The translations under genes were made by a program, and so were the position numbers. A DNA stretch of 64,000 bases from Candidatus Aenigmatarchaeota archaeon (GTDB lineage Archaea; Aenigmatarchaeota; Aenigmatarchaeia; CG10238-14). A model generated the notes under the pieces. It was not told the origin of the DNA. It did no database searches and saw nothing but the letters and a program-made list of their open reading frames with translations. Location of the stretch: assembly GCA_044343545.1 (NCBI GenBank), contig JAWBZR010000003.1, positions 1-64,000 of the forward strand. Reading direction: 5' to 3'. Position 1 is the stretch's first letter. Every line of letters starts with the position of its first letter. Below, piece by piece: positions 49,065-58,714 of the stretch.

Positions 49065-49916
49065 TTAAAAAACACATATCGTCTTCCATTCCAAGCAAAC
49101 AAGTCTTAACCATCTATTACAAACAGTAGAGCAAATTGTTGTGGTTGTTGTTGGGGTTGTAACAGTTGTGGTTGAAGTGGTTGTGGTTGTGTTTTGAGTT
49201 GTAACAGTTGTGCTTGAAGTTGAAATGCATTTACCAAATCTTATATCACCTGTCCATCTACAATTTGAATTTAACTGACATTGCCAAAAATTCAAAGACT
49301 GACAAATATTTGTTGGTGTAGTGATTGTTGTTGGCGTTATATTTGTGTTTTGAGTTGTTGACGTCATTGTTGTTGTCGTGGTTGTTGTCTGTGAATTTTC
49401 TGGAACCGTAGTTGTTGTTCCATAAATACTTGCACAATAACCTGTAAACATATTGCCTATCCATTTGCAACCTGGCAAAGTGGCACAGTTATAAAATGAT
49501 CTTCCGTTGCAATCATATACCACTTGAGGTGTCGTTGTTGTGGTTGTAGTAGTTGTCATCACTGGAGTAAAACTTCCTTCTGGCAAAGCATAATATTTGC
49601 ATTCTAAAGAAGAAGAAAAACCATTTCTTGTATCTGTCACAAAAACAAACAAAGTAGCAACCGTTCCAGAATATGATCTAAAAGATATTACTTTGCTTTC
49701 ATTCGGCTCTAAATAAAAAAGATTTGTTGGATATATGTTGATCAAAGAAAATTTATTATCGATATAAACCTTAACAGTAAAATTTTCTGGATTAGTAAAA
49801 ATATAATCACCTGTAAAAACATTATTTGGCATATATGGTCTGCCGCATGAAACAGTAACTGCAAAAACATCTTTGATTAAAAAAAGCATAAAAATAATTA
49901 TCAGAATTTTTTTCAT
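49065..49916 (-). CDS. Secreted protein with PapD-like Ig domain and Cys-rich repeats
   Basis: AVTVSCG; IYPTNLFYLEPNESKVISF; two CxWxG..GxC modules; paralogue of 44318-45784. Confidence 0.7.
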   Translation of the reverse strand: MKKILIIIFMLFLIKDVFAVTVSCGRPYMPNNVFTGDYIFTNPENFTVKVYIDNKFSLINIYPTNLFYLEPNESKVISFRSYSGTVATLFVFVTDTRNGFSSSLECKYYALPEGSFTPVMTTTTTTTTTPQVVYDCNGRSFYNCATLPGCKWIGNMFTGYCASIYGTTTTVPENSQTTTTTTTMTSTTQNTNITPTTITTPTNICQSLNFWQCQLNSNCRWTGDIRFGKCISTSSTTVTTQNTTTTTSTTTVTTPTTTTTICSTVCNRWLRLVCLEWKTICVF

Positions 49917-50039
49917 TTAACACACCTCTTAATGTATTTTAAAATAAAATTAAACTATTTAAACAGAGATAATGTTACCCAAAAGTGGATTTGATTTAAG
50001 CTATAAAAAATAAAAAAAATGGAAAAAAAATAGCAAAAC

Positions 50040-51065
50040 TTAAACTGGTCTTGCTATTATTAAAATACTGCCTTGATCAAATGTTCCTATGCATGGACTT
50101 GGATAATGTATCTTGAAGTAAATGTTTGCTGTTCCTTGGTTTGTCAAAATGTTTTGCATTGGTGCATCTGTTGGTACAGGCATGCCATCAAAGCAGTTGA
50201 ACAAGCTGCAGCCTTTATTTGGATCATATTTTCTCATCCAAAGCCATGGTGTTTGTAAAGTTCCTGAAACAGCTCTATATGCTATACCTGTATCAGGATC
50301 TTCATCTTCGACTTGAGTATTTCCTATCGGTTCAACATCTCTATGCCATTCTAAAACATTTGTTGTTGGGCAAATGCTTACACTGCCGGTTGATGTCAAC
50401 CCTGGACCTTCACCTGCTATCCATACCCACAAGTTAACACCTGCTTCTGCTGTATTTTTCAAAATGATATAGTTCTCGCTATCTGCCCAATCTCCTGGAT
50501 TAGCTGGTTTGAATCTTATTGGTTGATTGTCGCTTGTTGTCAATCTCATAGATATTTGAGGATTGAAATCCCAAACTTCCTCATGCGTGCTGTTAACAAA
50601 AGACATTCCTGAAACATCTAGAACAGATATCTTCACTTTGCTATTCAAATACCAAGATGGTTGTACTGTTAAAATGCATTGATAAGATCTATCTGTAGCT
50701 GGATTAAAGTTACCTAAACCGTCACAGTTAGGTATATTTGTGATTTGAGTGCAAATAACACCTGTTGGGTCTGGCCCAAAAACTTTAACACTACCGATGT
50801 TTATCCATCCATTTGGATCTCTGACTGTTACATTGAATTTAATTTGCTCCCCTGTAAATGCATATTGGCCTGTTCTTAGATTTAAAATATTTATTCCGTC
50901 AACTACCACTTCTCTATTTTTCACGCATATTTGTTTCGGTGCAATAGCTGGACCTGCTGTAATGTTCACTGAACTTAGAACTGTTTGATAGTTTTGTGCA
51001 TGCAAAAGTGGCAATAGTAGCTCTACTGCTACTAATAATAAAATTATTTTATATGATTTTTTCAA
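50040..51065 (-). CDS. Secreted beta-rich protein, putative fibre subunit (paralogue A)
   Basis: Signal peptide; colinear similarity to 46381-47427; TTG start after GGGGTGA. Confidence 0.7.
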   Translation of the reverse strand: MKKSYKIILLLVAVELLLPLLHAQNYQTVLSSVNITAGPAIAPKQICVKNREVVVDGINILNLRTGQYAFTGEQIKFNVTVRDPNGWINIGSVKVFGPDPTGVICTQITNIPNCDGLGNFNPATDRSYQCILTVQPSWYLNSKVKISVLDVSGMSFVNSTHEEVWDFNPQISMRLTTSDNQPIRFKPANPGDWADSENYIILKNTAEAGVNLWVWIAGEGPGLTSTGSVSICPTTNVLEWHRDVEPIGNTQVEDEDPDTGIAYRAVSGTLQTPWLWMRKYDPNKGCSLFNCFDGMPVPTDAPMQNILTNQGTANIYFKIHYPSPCIGTFDQGSILIIARPV

Positions 51066-51233
51066 TTTATCACCCCGCAATATGAATTCAAGTAATTTAT
51101 TTTAGAAAAAAGATTTTTATTTTAGTATAATGCCACAATGAAGTAAATCTAATATAAAATAGAAAATTAACTTATTAAAAAGGAAAAATTATTTTCTAAA
51201 ATCTATTAATTGTGAATTTTTTGAAAAAAAAAA

Positions 51234-51350
51234 TTAAATTCGTTTATTTTCTCTTAGTTTCATTGCATTGATTAAAATTTCCAGGTCGATCTCTTCCTTA
51301 CATTTAGGACAAGTCACTTTCCAAAAAACATCTAATTGTTTGTTATGCAT
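51234..51350 (-). CDS. Possible 38-aa CPxC microprotein
   Basis: MHNKQLDVFWKVTCPKCKEEIDLEILINAMKLRENKRI in an otherwise AT-rich gap. Confidence 0.3.
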   Translation of the reverse strand: MHNKQLDVFWKVTCPKCKEEIDLEILINAMKLRENKRI

Positions 51351-51454
51351 ACAAATTATCTTTACTTTTTATTTAAGAAAAATTTTTGTATTTTATACAA
51401 TATATTATAATTTTTACTATGAAATGGTTTTTAGCTTTTATAAGAAATAGAAAA

Positions 51455-53434
51455 TTAAATTCTATTTTGAACCAACCAATTTACCAACTTATTAAAAAGC
51501 AAGTTGCCTGCATCGTTCAAATCTTTTGGTGTGCTTGAAGCGAACCAACCAACATACGCATAATTGTTTGCGACGAACAAAGTGGATGATTGATGATTTC
51601 CAGAGTCGGCCAAGTCGGTGACGGAGGAAGCTAAATTGTAATCTTGTACGACATTGAATTTTGGTTTATTCATGATATTTACAAATCCAGATAAACCTTG
51701 AGTTATTTGGTGAGTTTTAGTTATGTATAAAGATTCGGATCTGACAAATCCCACATATCCTTTCGTATATCCAAATCTCCAACCTGCATTAACATAAGGT
51801 TGATCTGCTATTTCCAAGAATGGAATGCCCGACTTGTGTGCAGAAAATGCTGGATGAGATCCATCTATCTTGCAAGCTCTTAGCTCATCGCTGCAAGCTA
51901 TGAGTTTGTAATTTCTTATTTCGCTTCCCCAAGACCAATAACCTTTAGCGTCAACAGTCCAACCTCTCTCTTCAAGCCACCTTATCGTATCTTTTTCTAT
52001 TCCGTGATTGCATTCGTCTGTTCTGCAAATGAATGCTATATCTCTATAAACAGGTAAATCTATTTTGAAAAACCACGATACCTCAGGTAATTCGTTTCCA
52101 TTTAGATCTTTACACCTTGCATAAACTACATAAGTATTGTTGGGTAATTCGAAATCAATTTGGTATTCATGCAATGGAAGATTGTATGGGAATTCGAAAT
52201 CCATTGACTCGTAAGGTTTTCTGACATTCAAGGAAAATTTGCACACCGTCTTTTCATCAGTTAATATTCTTATCAAAGGTTTTCTTGTATTCACGTTACC
52301 TATAGGAGAATATTCTAAGATTTTTGGTAATTTAACTTCACTCTCTATTGATTCTGAAGTTAACCATTCCAATATTCTATTAAATATTGTCGCACCACTA
52401 TCTGTCAAACCTTCGCTTCCTATTTCGTTAAACCAACCAACATACGCATAATTGTTTGCGACGAACAAAGTGGATGATTGATGATTTCCAGAGTCGGCCA
52501 AGTCGGTGACGGAGGAAGATAATAAATCATCCGGAATTACATTGAACTTGCTTCCTATCAACACGTCCACGGAACCTGAAAATCCACTGGTTATTTGATG
52601 ATTTTTAGTTATGTAGAGTTCTTCATTGTTTGTCAATCCCACATATCCTTTCGTATATCCAAATCTCCAACCTGCATTAACATAAGGTTGATCTGCTATT
52701 TCCAAGAATGGAATGCCCGACTTGTGTGCAGAAAATGCTGGATGAGATCCATCTATCTTGCAAGCTCTTAGCTCATCGCTGCAAGCTATGAGTTTGTAAT
52801 TTCTTATTTCGCTTCCCCAAGACCAATAACCTTTAGCGTCAACAGTCCAACCATTCTCTGCCAAGAATGATATCATAGATTTTTCTATTCCGTGATTGCA
52901 TTCGTCTGTTCTGCAAATGAATGCTACCTTACCTAATTTTTCTCTAATTTTAAAAGTTGTGTTAGCATAATATCCCTTGTTTTCAGAAAACAAAATTACT
53001 CTTGCTTCATAGTTGCCAAATTGCAAATCTTCAAAGGACCATAATATTTCCAATTCAACATGTTTAGTGATATCGTATCCGTAATATCCATAACCGTATC
53101 CGTAATCTAAATTTTCACGCTTCAATTCCACTGAAACAAATCTTTTATCTTGCTGCGAACATTCACTATGAAATCCTTCATCTAAACTTGAAAGAATGCA
53201 CAAACTAGTTATATTATTGTGCTCTTCTAAACCTCTTATTTCAATCGAGATATTTTCTATTAAATTCCATTCGTCTATGTTTTCTATTTTCACGTTGAGC
53301 TTGACTAAACTACCCTTGAAGTAAGTTTTCTTATCAGTAAAAATTTGAATGTTAAAGGCCGTTGTGCTTTCTGAGAATATTATAAGTAGAATTAAAATCG
53401 AAGTTGAAAGAATAGGTAAAAATTTTTCATTCAA
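51455..53434 (-). CDS. Secreted protein with Ig-like domains and two duplicated GATase-like (flavodoxin-fold) domains
   Basis: Signal peptide; TDKKTY..G; YGYGYGYYGY motif; repeat AFICRTDEC...YVGWF...WL present twice. Confidence 0.7.
   Translation of the reverse strand: MNEKFLPILSTSILILLIIFSESTTAFNIQIFTDKKTYFKGSLVKLNVKIENIDEWNLIENISIEIRGLEEHNNITSLCILSSLDEGFHSECSQQDKRFVSVELKRENLDYGYGYGYYGYDITKHVELEILWSFEDLQFGNYEARVILFSENKGYYANTTFKIREKLGKVAFICRTDECNHGIEKSMISFLAENGWTVDAKGYWSWGSEIRNYKLIACSDELRACKIDGSHPAFSAHKSGIPFLEIADQPYVNAGWRFGYTKGYVGLTNNEELYITKNHQITSGFSGSVDVLIGSKFNVIPDDLLSSSVTDLADSGNHQSSTLFVANNYAYVGWFNEIGSEGLTDSGATIFNRILEWLTSESIESEVKLPKILEYSPIGNVNTRKPLIRILTDEKTVCKFSLNVRKPYESMDFEFPYNLPLHEYQIDFELPNNTYVVYARCKDLNGNELPEVSWFFKIDLPVYRDIAFICRTDECNHGIEKDTIRWLEERGWTVDAKGYWSWGSEIRNYKLIACSDELRACKIDGSHPAFSAHKSGIPFLEIADQPYVNAGWRFGYTKGYVGFVRSESLYITKTHQITQGLSGFVNIMNKPKFNVVQDYNLASSVTDLADSGNHQSSTLFVANNYAYVGWFASSTPKDLNDAGNLLFNKLVNWLVQNRI
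51543..52926. repeat. Intragenic direct repeat, offset 888 bp, with identical blocks
   Basis: 51543-51630=52431-52518; 51747-51964=52635-52852; about 51993-52038=52881-52926. Confidence 0.92.
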
Positions 53435-53633
53435 ACGATCATCACCTCTATTTTAATAATGAAAAATTATTAAAATAAATATGATTATAAAACTACTGAA
53501 AAATGAGAATTTTAAACTAAATAAAAATATAAAAATTTTTTCTACAAAAAATAAGTTTTTGCCATTCGAAAAATATCATTCGCTTCGTTTTTTTGCAAAA
53601 AATCTCGTAATTTTTTCAATAATCATTTAAGTG

Positions 53634-54935
53634 TCAACTGAATGAATATACATAAATGTTCTCGTGTACTTGACTTAACGTGCAATTACCTCTCGTGTAA
53701 ACTATAGTTATGTTGTTTTGTTTCAAAAAGTTTATGTTGGTACAATTTTTATTTATAAAATCTTCTGCTTTTCTTACTTTATCTAGTTCCGACTCTACAG
53801 GACCGAAAGGCATAACTGCATACACAGGTTTTTCAGCAACAAAAGCAAATGCTCTTGCCTTCCATGGATCTAATATTGCTTTCCCTTGTAGATTATATCT
53901 TATCCACAAAAAACTCTCGTAATCGTGATCATCAATTATCTTGTAATGTTGCTGCTTCGATATTGCATTAACAGATAAAACTAAAATAATTGCTAATAAC
54001 ATAGTCATTAATTTTTTTCCAAACTTTGCTATACTGTAAGAAGCTACTATATTCATGAAAAGTATGAGGGGTATGTATATTCTTATGTATGGAATTAGCA
54101 ATGTTTGACCAAACCTTGCATGTAAAACTATCAAAAATATTAAAAACATACTTGTGTACGCGATATCTTTATGCTTTGTTTTAAGAATAAAATAGAAACC
54201 TATAACAAAAAACACTGTTTGTATATAACCATATATTTGTGGAAGTTGTCTTAAACTTATCCAAAAATCGAACTTTATTGCATTTATACCTTTATTTAAT
54301 TCATTGTAATAGTTTGGTAAAGATAGCAATATTGCTAAAACTACAAAAAGTATGAGTTGTTTGTTTTTTGCCATCAAAAAATTGAAAAACAGATAAATCA
54401 TCAAAACCATAGCTGATGGTGGATGAGCTAAAAGGAGGAAAAGAAGCGAAGAAAACAGTATTGTCATTTTACCTTCTTTTGTTGCTCTTATTGATAGAGG
54501 AATGAATATTAAACTCAAATTAACAGGCATAAGATAAACTGGTCCTCCCATAGTAGCGTTGCTCGGAATCAAAGCTGTTAAAACACTTGCTATTAATGCC
54601 TCCTTTTTTCCGAACAATCTTGTAGTGCATGCATAAACAGATAAAACTGAGATCGCATGAAAAATGGCTGGTAATATTATCCATTGTGTGGCTTCTAAAT
54701 TTAATGCTTGAAAAGAAGCTAAAAGATAATGCCAAACAGGCTCCATACTCAGCTTGAAAGGTTTGTTATCAAACCAATTTATTGGTGAAAAATACAAAAT
54801 CATCTTTGCTTCTGCTATGTGAAACCATTCATCAACATGAAAAGGATAGGGGTAATTTATATGCGGATAGTAAGTAAGTGAAAAAGCTAATAGAATTGAA
54901 AAAAACAAAATAACACTTTCTTTTGATGATTTCAT
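53634..54935 (-). CDS. Multi-TM GT-C-like glycosyltransferase
   Basis: YPFHVDEWFH acidic motif after TM1; about 10 TMs; soluble C-domain (YESFLWIR). Confidence 0.6.
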   Translation of the reverse strand: MKSSKESVILFFSILLAFSLTYYPHINYPYPFHVDEWFHIAEAKMILYFSPINWFDNKPFKLSMEPVWHYLLASFQALNLEATQWIILPAIFHAISVLSVYACTTRLFGKKEALIASVLTALIPSNATMGGPVYLMPVNLSLIFIPLSIRATKEGKMTILFSSLLFLLLAHPPSAMVLMIYLFFNFLMAKNKQLILFVVLAILLSLPNYYNELNKGINAIKFDFWISLRQLPQIYGYIQTVFFVIGFYFILKTKHKDIAYTSMFLIFLIVLHARFGQTLLIPYIRIYIPLILFMNIVASYSIAKFGKKLMTMLLAIILVLSVNAISKQQHYKIIDDHDYESFLWIRYNLQGKAILDPWKARAFAFVAEKPVYAVMPFGPVESELDKVRKAEDFINKNCTNINFLKQNNITIVYTRGNCTLSQVHENIYVYSFS

Positions 54936-54984
54936 AAAGTCTGATTATGTATTTAATGAAAAGTTTTATAAAATTTTGTTAAAA

Positions 54985-55191
54985 TCATATGACATATACC
55001 AATTCGGGTTTTATTCTACTTAAGATGTAAAAAGCATAGAAAGCTATTGTGGTTACAATTGGATTTTTAGTTATATAAATTGTTTGAGTTGAATAACCAT
55101 AACGAGTTATACCTAAAACTTTCCTTCCATATAGTTCTCCAAGAGATATTTCATTGGGACCTATAAACATAAACTGCGGAAAATTTACCAT
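54985..55191 (-). CDS. Small hypothetical protein
   Basis: 68-aa ORF filling the gap downstream of 55225-56538. Confidence 0.4.
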   Translation of the reverse strand: MVNFPQFMFIGPNEISLGELYGRKVLGITRYGYSTQTIYITKNPIVTTIAFYAFYILSRIKPELVYVI

Positions 55192-55224
55192 ATTTTTTAA
55201 TATAAAATTTAATATATTTAATTT

Positions 55225-56538
55225 TTAAGGGTTAATTTGAAAAAGATACAGAGGAACTCCTCTCCTCGCATGCTCAATTGAAAAAGGAGTTCCTAACATC
55301 ATAGCTTCTTCAGGAGTTAATCTTCGTACCGAAACACTGTAACCACCAATCTTTCTTATAGCTGTAGGTAATTCACATTCAAAAAGAATTATACTAAAAT
55401 TTTTATAATCAGGATAATTTATGAGCAAACCGTTTAATGGCAGACCTCTTGCAGTTATTCCCAGAACAGCATCAGTAGCTTCTATTGCATCATTAACATA
55501 GTCAGGTAATATTCCTGCAGCATAACCTCCAAGTACGGAACTAGTATTAAGTACATATACCTTTGAATAATCTGCTGCTACAACACGTTCAGACAATAAA
55601 CTTGATAAACCACTTCCGCTGGGATTTACTGAGAATAATAGTATATTTCTTGGGAGCACTTCACCATTATGAAAAGGTCGTCTTAATAATACATAATTAC
55701 CTTCACCGTATATTGCCGCCGCATGAGGTTGTTGTCTTAACATTCTTAACACATCTGGGTTGGGTTCCAAACCATAATAGAATAATTTTGGTGGTTTTTT
55801 AATTCCTGCCAACTCAAATAATGGTCCTACTTTCATTGAATATCCTGGGCCTACATTCACTATAACATCAGAACCATCAAGTGCTGTTAATAATAATCTT
55901 TCAACCTCATCTATCTCTACCTGACTTATTTCTAAATGACTATATCTATATAAATATCTTCCACTTGAAAAGAATACATCATCACCTAATCGAAGTATAC
56001 CTTTTCCTCTTGCTACAGCATTTAATATATCTGTAGGGTCTGGATACATTGTTGCTAGACTGATGCCTATAAAAACTCCATCAAAAATTGTCACAGGTCT
56101 TCCTGATGATGTTGTTCCAACGAAAGCGTTTCTTAAATCTAATAATGGCACAGGTAAAAGTCCGTAAAGAAATTCACACAATTTTATTTCATCTTCTTCA
56201 ATTTCTCGTAGATATCTACTTTTTAAATCACCAACAAAACAACCTCTTCCTTCCATCTCTTGAAGTATTCTATATGTTTCTGTTGAAGTTAAGAGTGATT
56301 CCCGTAAAGTTTCAAGACCTTTTGGGCTGCAACCGTTACTAATAACTGAAAAATTATACATTCCCATTAAATGAGCAGCATCAAGAGGATATTGTTGCTC
56401 AAATTGTGCGGCCAATCTTTCACATACTGTTGCTTGTGGAGGTAATGGCGTTGGTGGCGGTGTTGGTGTTTCTGCACAAGCAATCCCTGCTGCAACTAAA
56501 GATGCTAATGAAAACATTATTATCCCTCTGTTTCTCAT
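55225..56538 (-). CDS. Secreted hypothetical protein with possible PT-TG-like segment and Rossmann/MTase-like C-domain
   Basis: Signal peptide + Pro linker; GLLPVPLLDLRNAFVGTTSSGRPV; IVNVGPG...YYGLEPN. Confidence 0.5.
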   Translation of the reverse strand: MRNRGIIMFSLASLVAAGIACAETPTPPPTPLPPQATVCERLAAQFEQQYPLDAAHLMGMYNFSVISNGCSPKGLETLRESLLTSTETYRILQEMEGRGCFVGDLKSRYLREIEEDEIKLCEFLYGLLPVPLLDLRNAFVGTTSSGRPVTIFDGVFIGISLATMYPDPTDILNAVARGKGILRLGDDVFFSSGRYLYRYSHLEISQVEIDEVERLLLTALDGSDVIVNVGPGYSMKVGPLFELAGIKKPPKLFYYGLEPNPDVLRMLRQQPHAAAIYGEGNYVLLRRPFHNGEVLPRNILLFSVNPSGSGLSSLLSERVVAADYSKVYVLNTSSVLGGYAAGILPDYVNDAIEATDAVLGITARGLPLNGLLINYPDYKNFSIILFECELPTAIRKIGGYSVSVRRLTPEEAMMLGTPFSIEHARRGVPLYLFQINP

Positions 56539-56605
56539 AGCTTTTATAAAAAAAATAAAATTTTTTAAACTTTTCGTTTATTTTTAATTAGATAATTCAA
56601 ACTAG

Positions 56606-56959
56606 TTACTCTTTGGAATTTTTACTTTCTCTTATGTATTCTACACTTAAACACGTTACACCTACAACAAAAAGCCAATAAACATATATAGCTAGCTGAT
56701 TGGCTAGAGATTCATTTTTTAAAAAAACCAAAACTATCGAGGCTATTATGAGCATTAACAAAGCATATCCTATAGGTATTCTGCCGTCCCATTTAAAATA
56801 AATAAATATTGGGATAAGTACTACAAAAGATAAAAACGTTTTTAAGTCTTCGCCTTTGAAGACAAAGTGAGACAAAAAGATAGAAATTATAACAAGCAAG
56901 TAGGGTATATTTAACAATATGTGATGTTTTATATCCTTTTTTCCATACTTGTATGACAT
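56606..56959 (-). CDS. Small integral membrane protein
   Basis: Four hydrophobic segments; ANQLAIYVYWLFVVGV. Confidence 0.65.
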   Translation of the reverse strand: MSYKYGKKDIKHHILLNIPYLLVIISIFLSHFVFKGEDLKTFLSFVVLIPIFIYFKWDGRIPIGYALLMLIIASIVLVFLKNESLANQLAIYVYWLFVVGVTCLSVEYIRESKNSKE

Positions 56960-57215
56960 TTTATCTACAATACTTTAAGAAGTTGATACAGTTATTTATA
57001 GTTGATTGATTAATGAGTTCTAGTCTTCATATTATAGATGTATAATCATCTCTTCATCATTAACATATCTAATTTTAACAAATCTAAAATGTTGTATTGG
57101 AAGATTATATTTTCCCATCAACTCTTAAAGACACTGTCTTCCTCTTCGAATATAGTTATACTGAGGATTTGTATGAAAAAATTAATATTTAAAAACATTA
57201 TAGAATAAGATAATT

Positions 57216-58112
57216 ATGAAAAGCAAAATAATTTTGTTCCTTTTTTTGCTTTTTACTTTGAAAATTGCTTATGCGGCTGACAAGAATGTTTATACTAGCA
57301 TTTATTTACTTAATCTTGGAAAGTTTGATATATCAACAGGCTCATTCACTGCTGACTTTTATCTCAATTTTGATTGTGAAAACGAATGCCCGCAAATAGA
57401 TTTTGAATTTATGAATGGCAGAGCAAACAGTTTAGATAAATTAATTGACACGCCAAAATCAAAAACATACAGAATACAAGCTAATCTTGTTAGCCATATA
57501 GATTTGAAAAAATTTCCGTTTGATAATCAAACATTAAAGATAATAATAGAGGATAAAACCAAAACTATAGATGAACTTGTATTTGTGGCAAAAAATGAAT
57601 ATAGTGGTATTGATCCTTCCATTGTTTTCATAGGTTGGGAAATGGGTCAATGGAAAGCTTATTCAACAGAGCATTATTATGATGTGTATAACGAAACTTA
57701 TTCGCAATATGTATTTGAAATACCTATTTACAGAATAACAATAAATGCTGTTTTCAAAACATTTTTGCCAATAATATTCATTATATTGATAATGCTTTCC
57801 AGTTTTGTATTAGACCCGGATAAGATAACTACAAGATTGGGAATGGTCGGCTCTGCTTTAGTTGCATCTGTAATGTATCATGTCTCTATAGCAAATCAAA
57901 TACCACCTGTAAGCTATTTAACATTTGTGGACAAATTCATGATTTTGACTTATTTTATAACACTATTGAGTTTTGGATTTAACGTGTTTTTGCTCGAGCT
58001 AAATGAAGAAAAAAAGAAAAAGCTTGTAAATAAATTGCACAAATATACAGAATTTACTATGTTTATAGTTGTTCCGATTCTTTATGTTTTGTTATTCCTG
58101 CTGTTTTTGTGA
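57216..58112 (+). CDS. Pentameric ligand-gated ion channel (GLIC/ELIC-like)
   Basis: Signal peptide; FTADFYL; DLKKFPFDNQTL Pro-loop; pre-M1 R; LP in M1; M2-M3 IPPVSYLTFVD; four TMs. Confidence 0.9.
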   Translation: MKSKIILFLFLLFTLKIAYAADKNVYTSIYLLNLGKFDISTGSFTADFYLNFDCENECPQIDFEFMNGRANSLDKLIDTPKSKTYRIQANLVSHIDLKKFPFDNQTLKIIIEDKTKTIDELVFVAKNEYSGIDPSIVFIGWEMGQWKAYSTEHYYDVYNETYSQYVFEIPIYRITINAVFKTFLPIIFIILIMLSSFVLDPDKITTRLGMVGSALVASVMYHVSIANQIPPVSYLTFVDKFMILTYFITLLSFGFNVFLLELNEEKKKKLVNKLHKYTEFTMFIVVPILYVLLFLLFL

Positions 58113-58135
58113 AAATTAAATGAAACAACAAAATT

Positions 58136-58714
58136 TTAATCATCCAAATTAAATGTTTTTAGAAATCTTTTCTTCACAAATTTTGGATATTTTTTTATGT
58201 ATTCTTTCATTCTTTTCTTGTCAATTTTTAGTTTAGAAATTATTTTCTTATCAAGTGGTTGCTTGAAATAAATTAAATCTATTAGTGTTTTTTCTTTGTC
58301 TGAAACTGGAATAAGAAAATTGTCGTAGTTGATTAGCTCGTATCCGAAAAAATATTTTTTGTTTATTCTTCTCACTATGACATTTGTGCCAAAAACCTCT
58401 CTCTTCCCACTTCTTATTTTTTTAGGTGTTACTATTATTGTGTTTGTTTCTTGCTCCCAAAGATTATGTATGCTTAAAGCAGCTTGCAAACCTATATAAG
58501 ATGGTCTTATGGCAAACACAATTAATGTAGGATCATCGTATAAAGTGTAAAATCCTTTTTCAATTCTTTTGATTTTGTCTTTTTTCAACAAATAATTTAA
58601 CAAGACATTTGCATAATTTTCGTTTCTTGTCAAGAGTATTATATCTCTAGTACTCACCACAGGATTTTTCTTGAATAAATCCATTATTCGTGACAAATAT
58701 TTTATTTTGCCCAT
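58136..58714 (-). CDS. AbiEi-like type IV TA antitoxin / transcriptional regulator
   Basis: wHTH IKRIEKGFY, SYIGLQAALSIHNL and SDKEKTLID motifs. Confidence 0.85.
   Translation of the reverse strand: MGKIKYLSRIMDLFKKNPVVSTRDIILLTRNENYANVLLNYLLKKDKIKRIEKGFYTLYDDPTLIVFAIRPSYIGLQAALSIHNLWEQETNTIIVTPKKIRSGKREVFGTNVIVRRINKKYFFGYELINYDNFLIPVSDKEKTLIDLIYFKQPLDKKIISKLKIDKKRMKEYIKKYPKFVKKRFLKTFNLDD

Noticed and set aside
51543..52926. Repeat pair as a DGR template/variable region
   Set aside because: Blocks are either identical or diverged at all base types, not adenine-specific; both copies are in one ORF; no reverse transcriptase seen
56960..57200. Gene-like minus-strand fragment
   Set aside because: Interrupted by stops, no recognisable motif, too short to support a call
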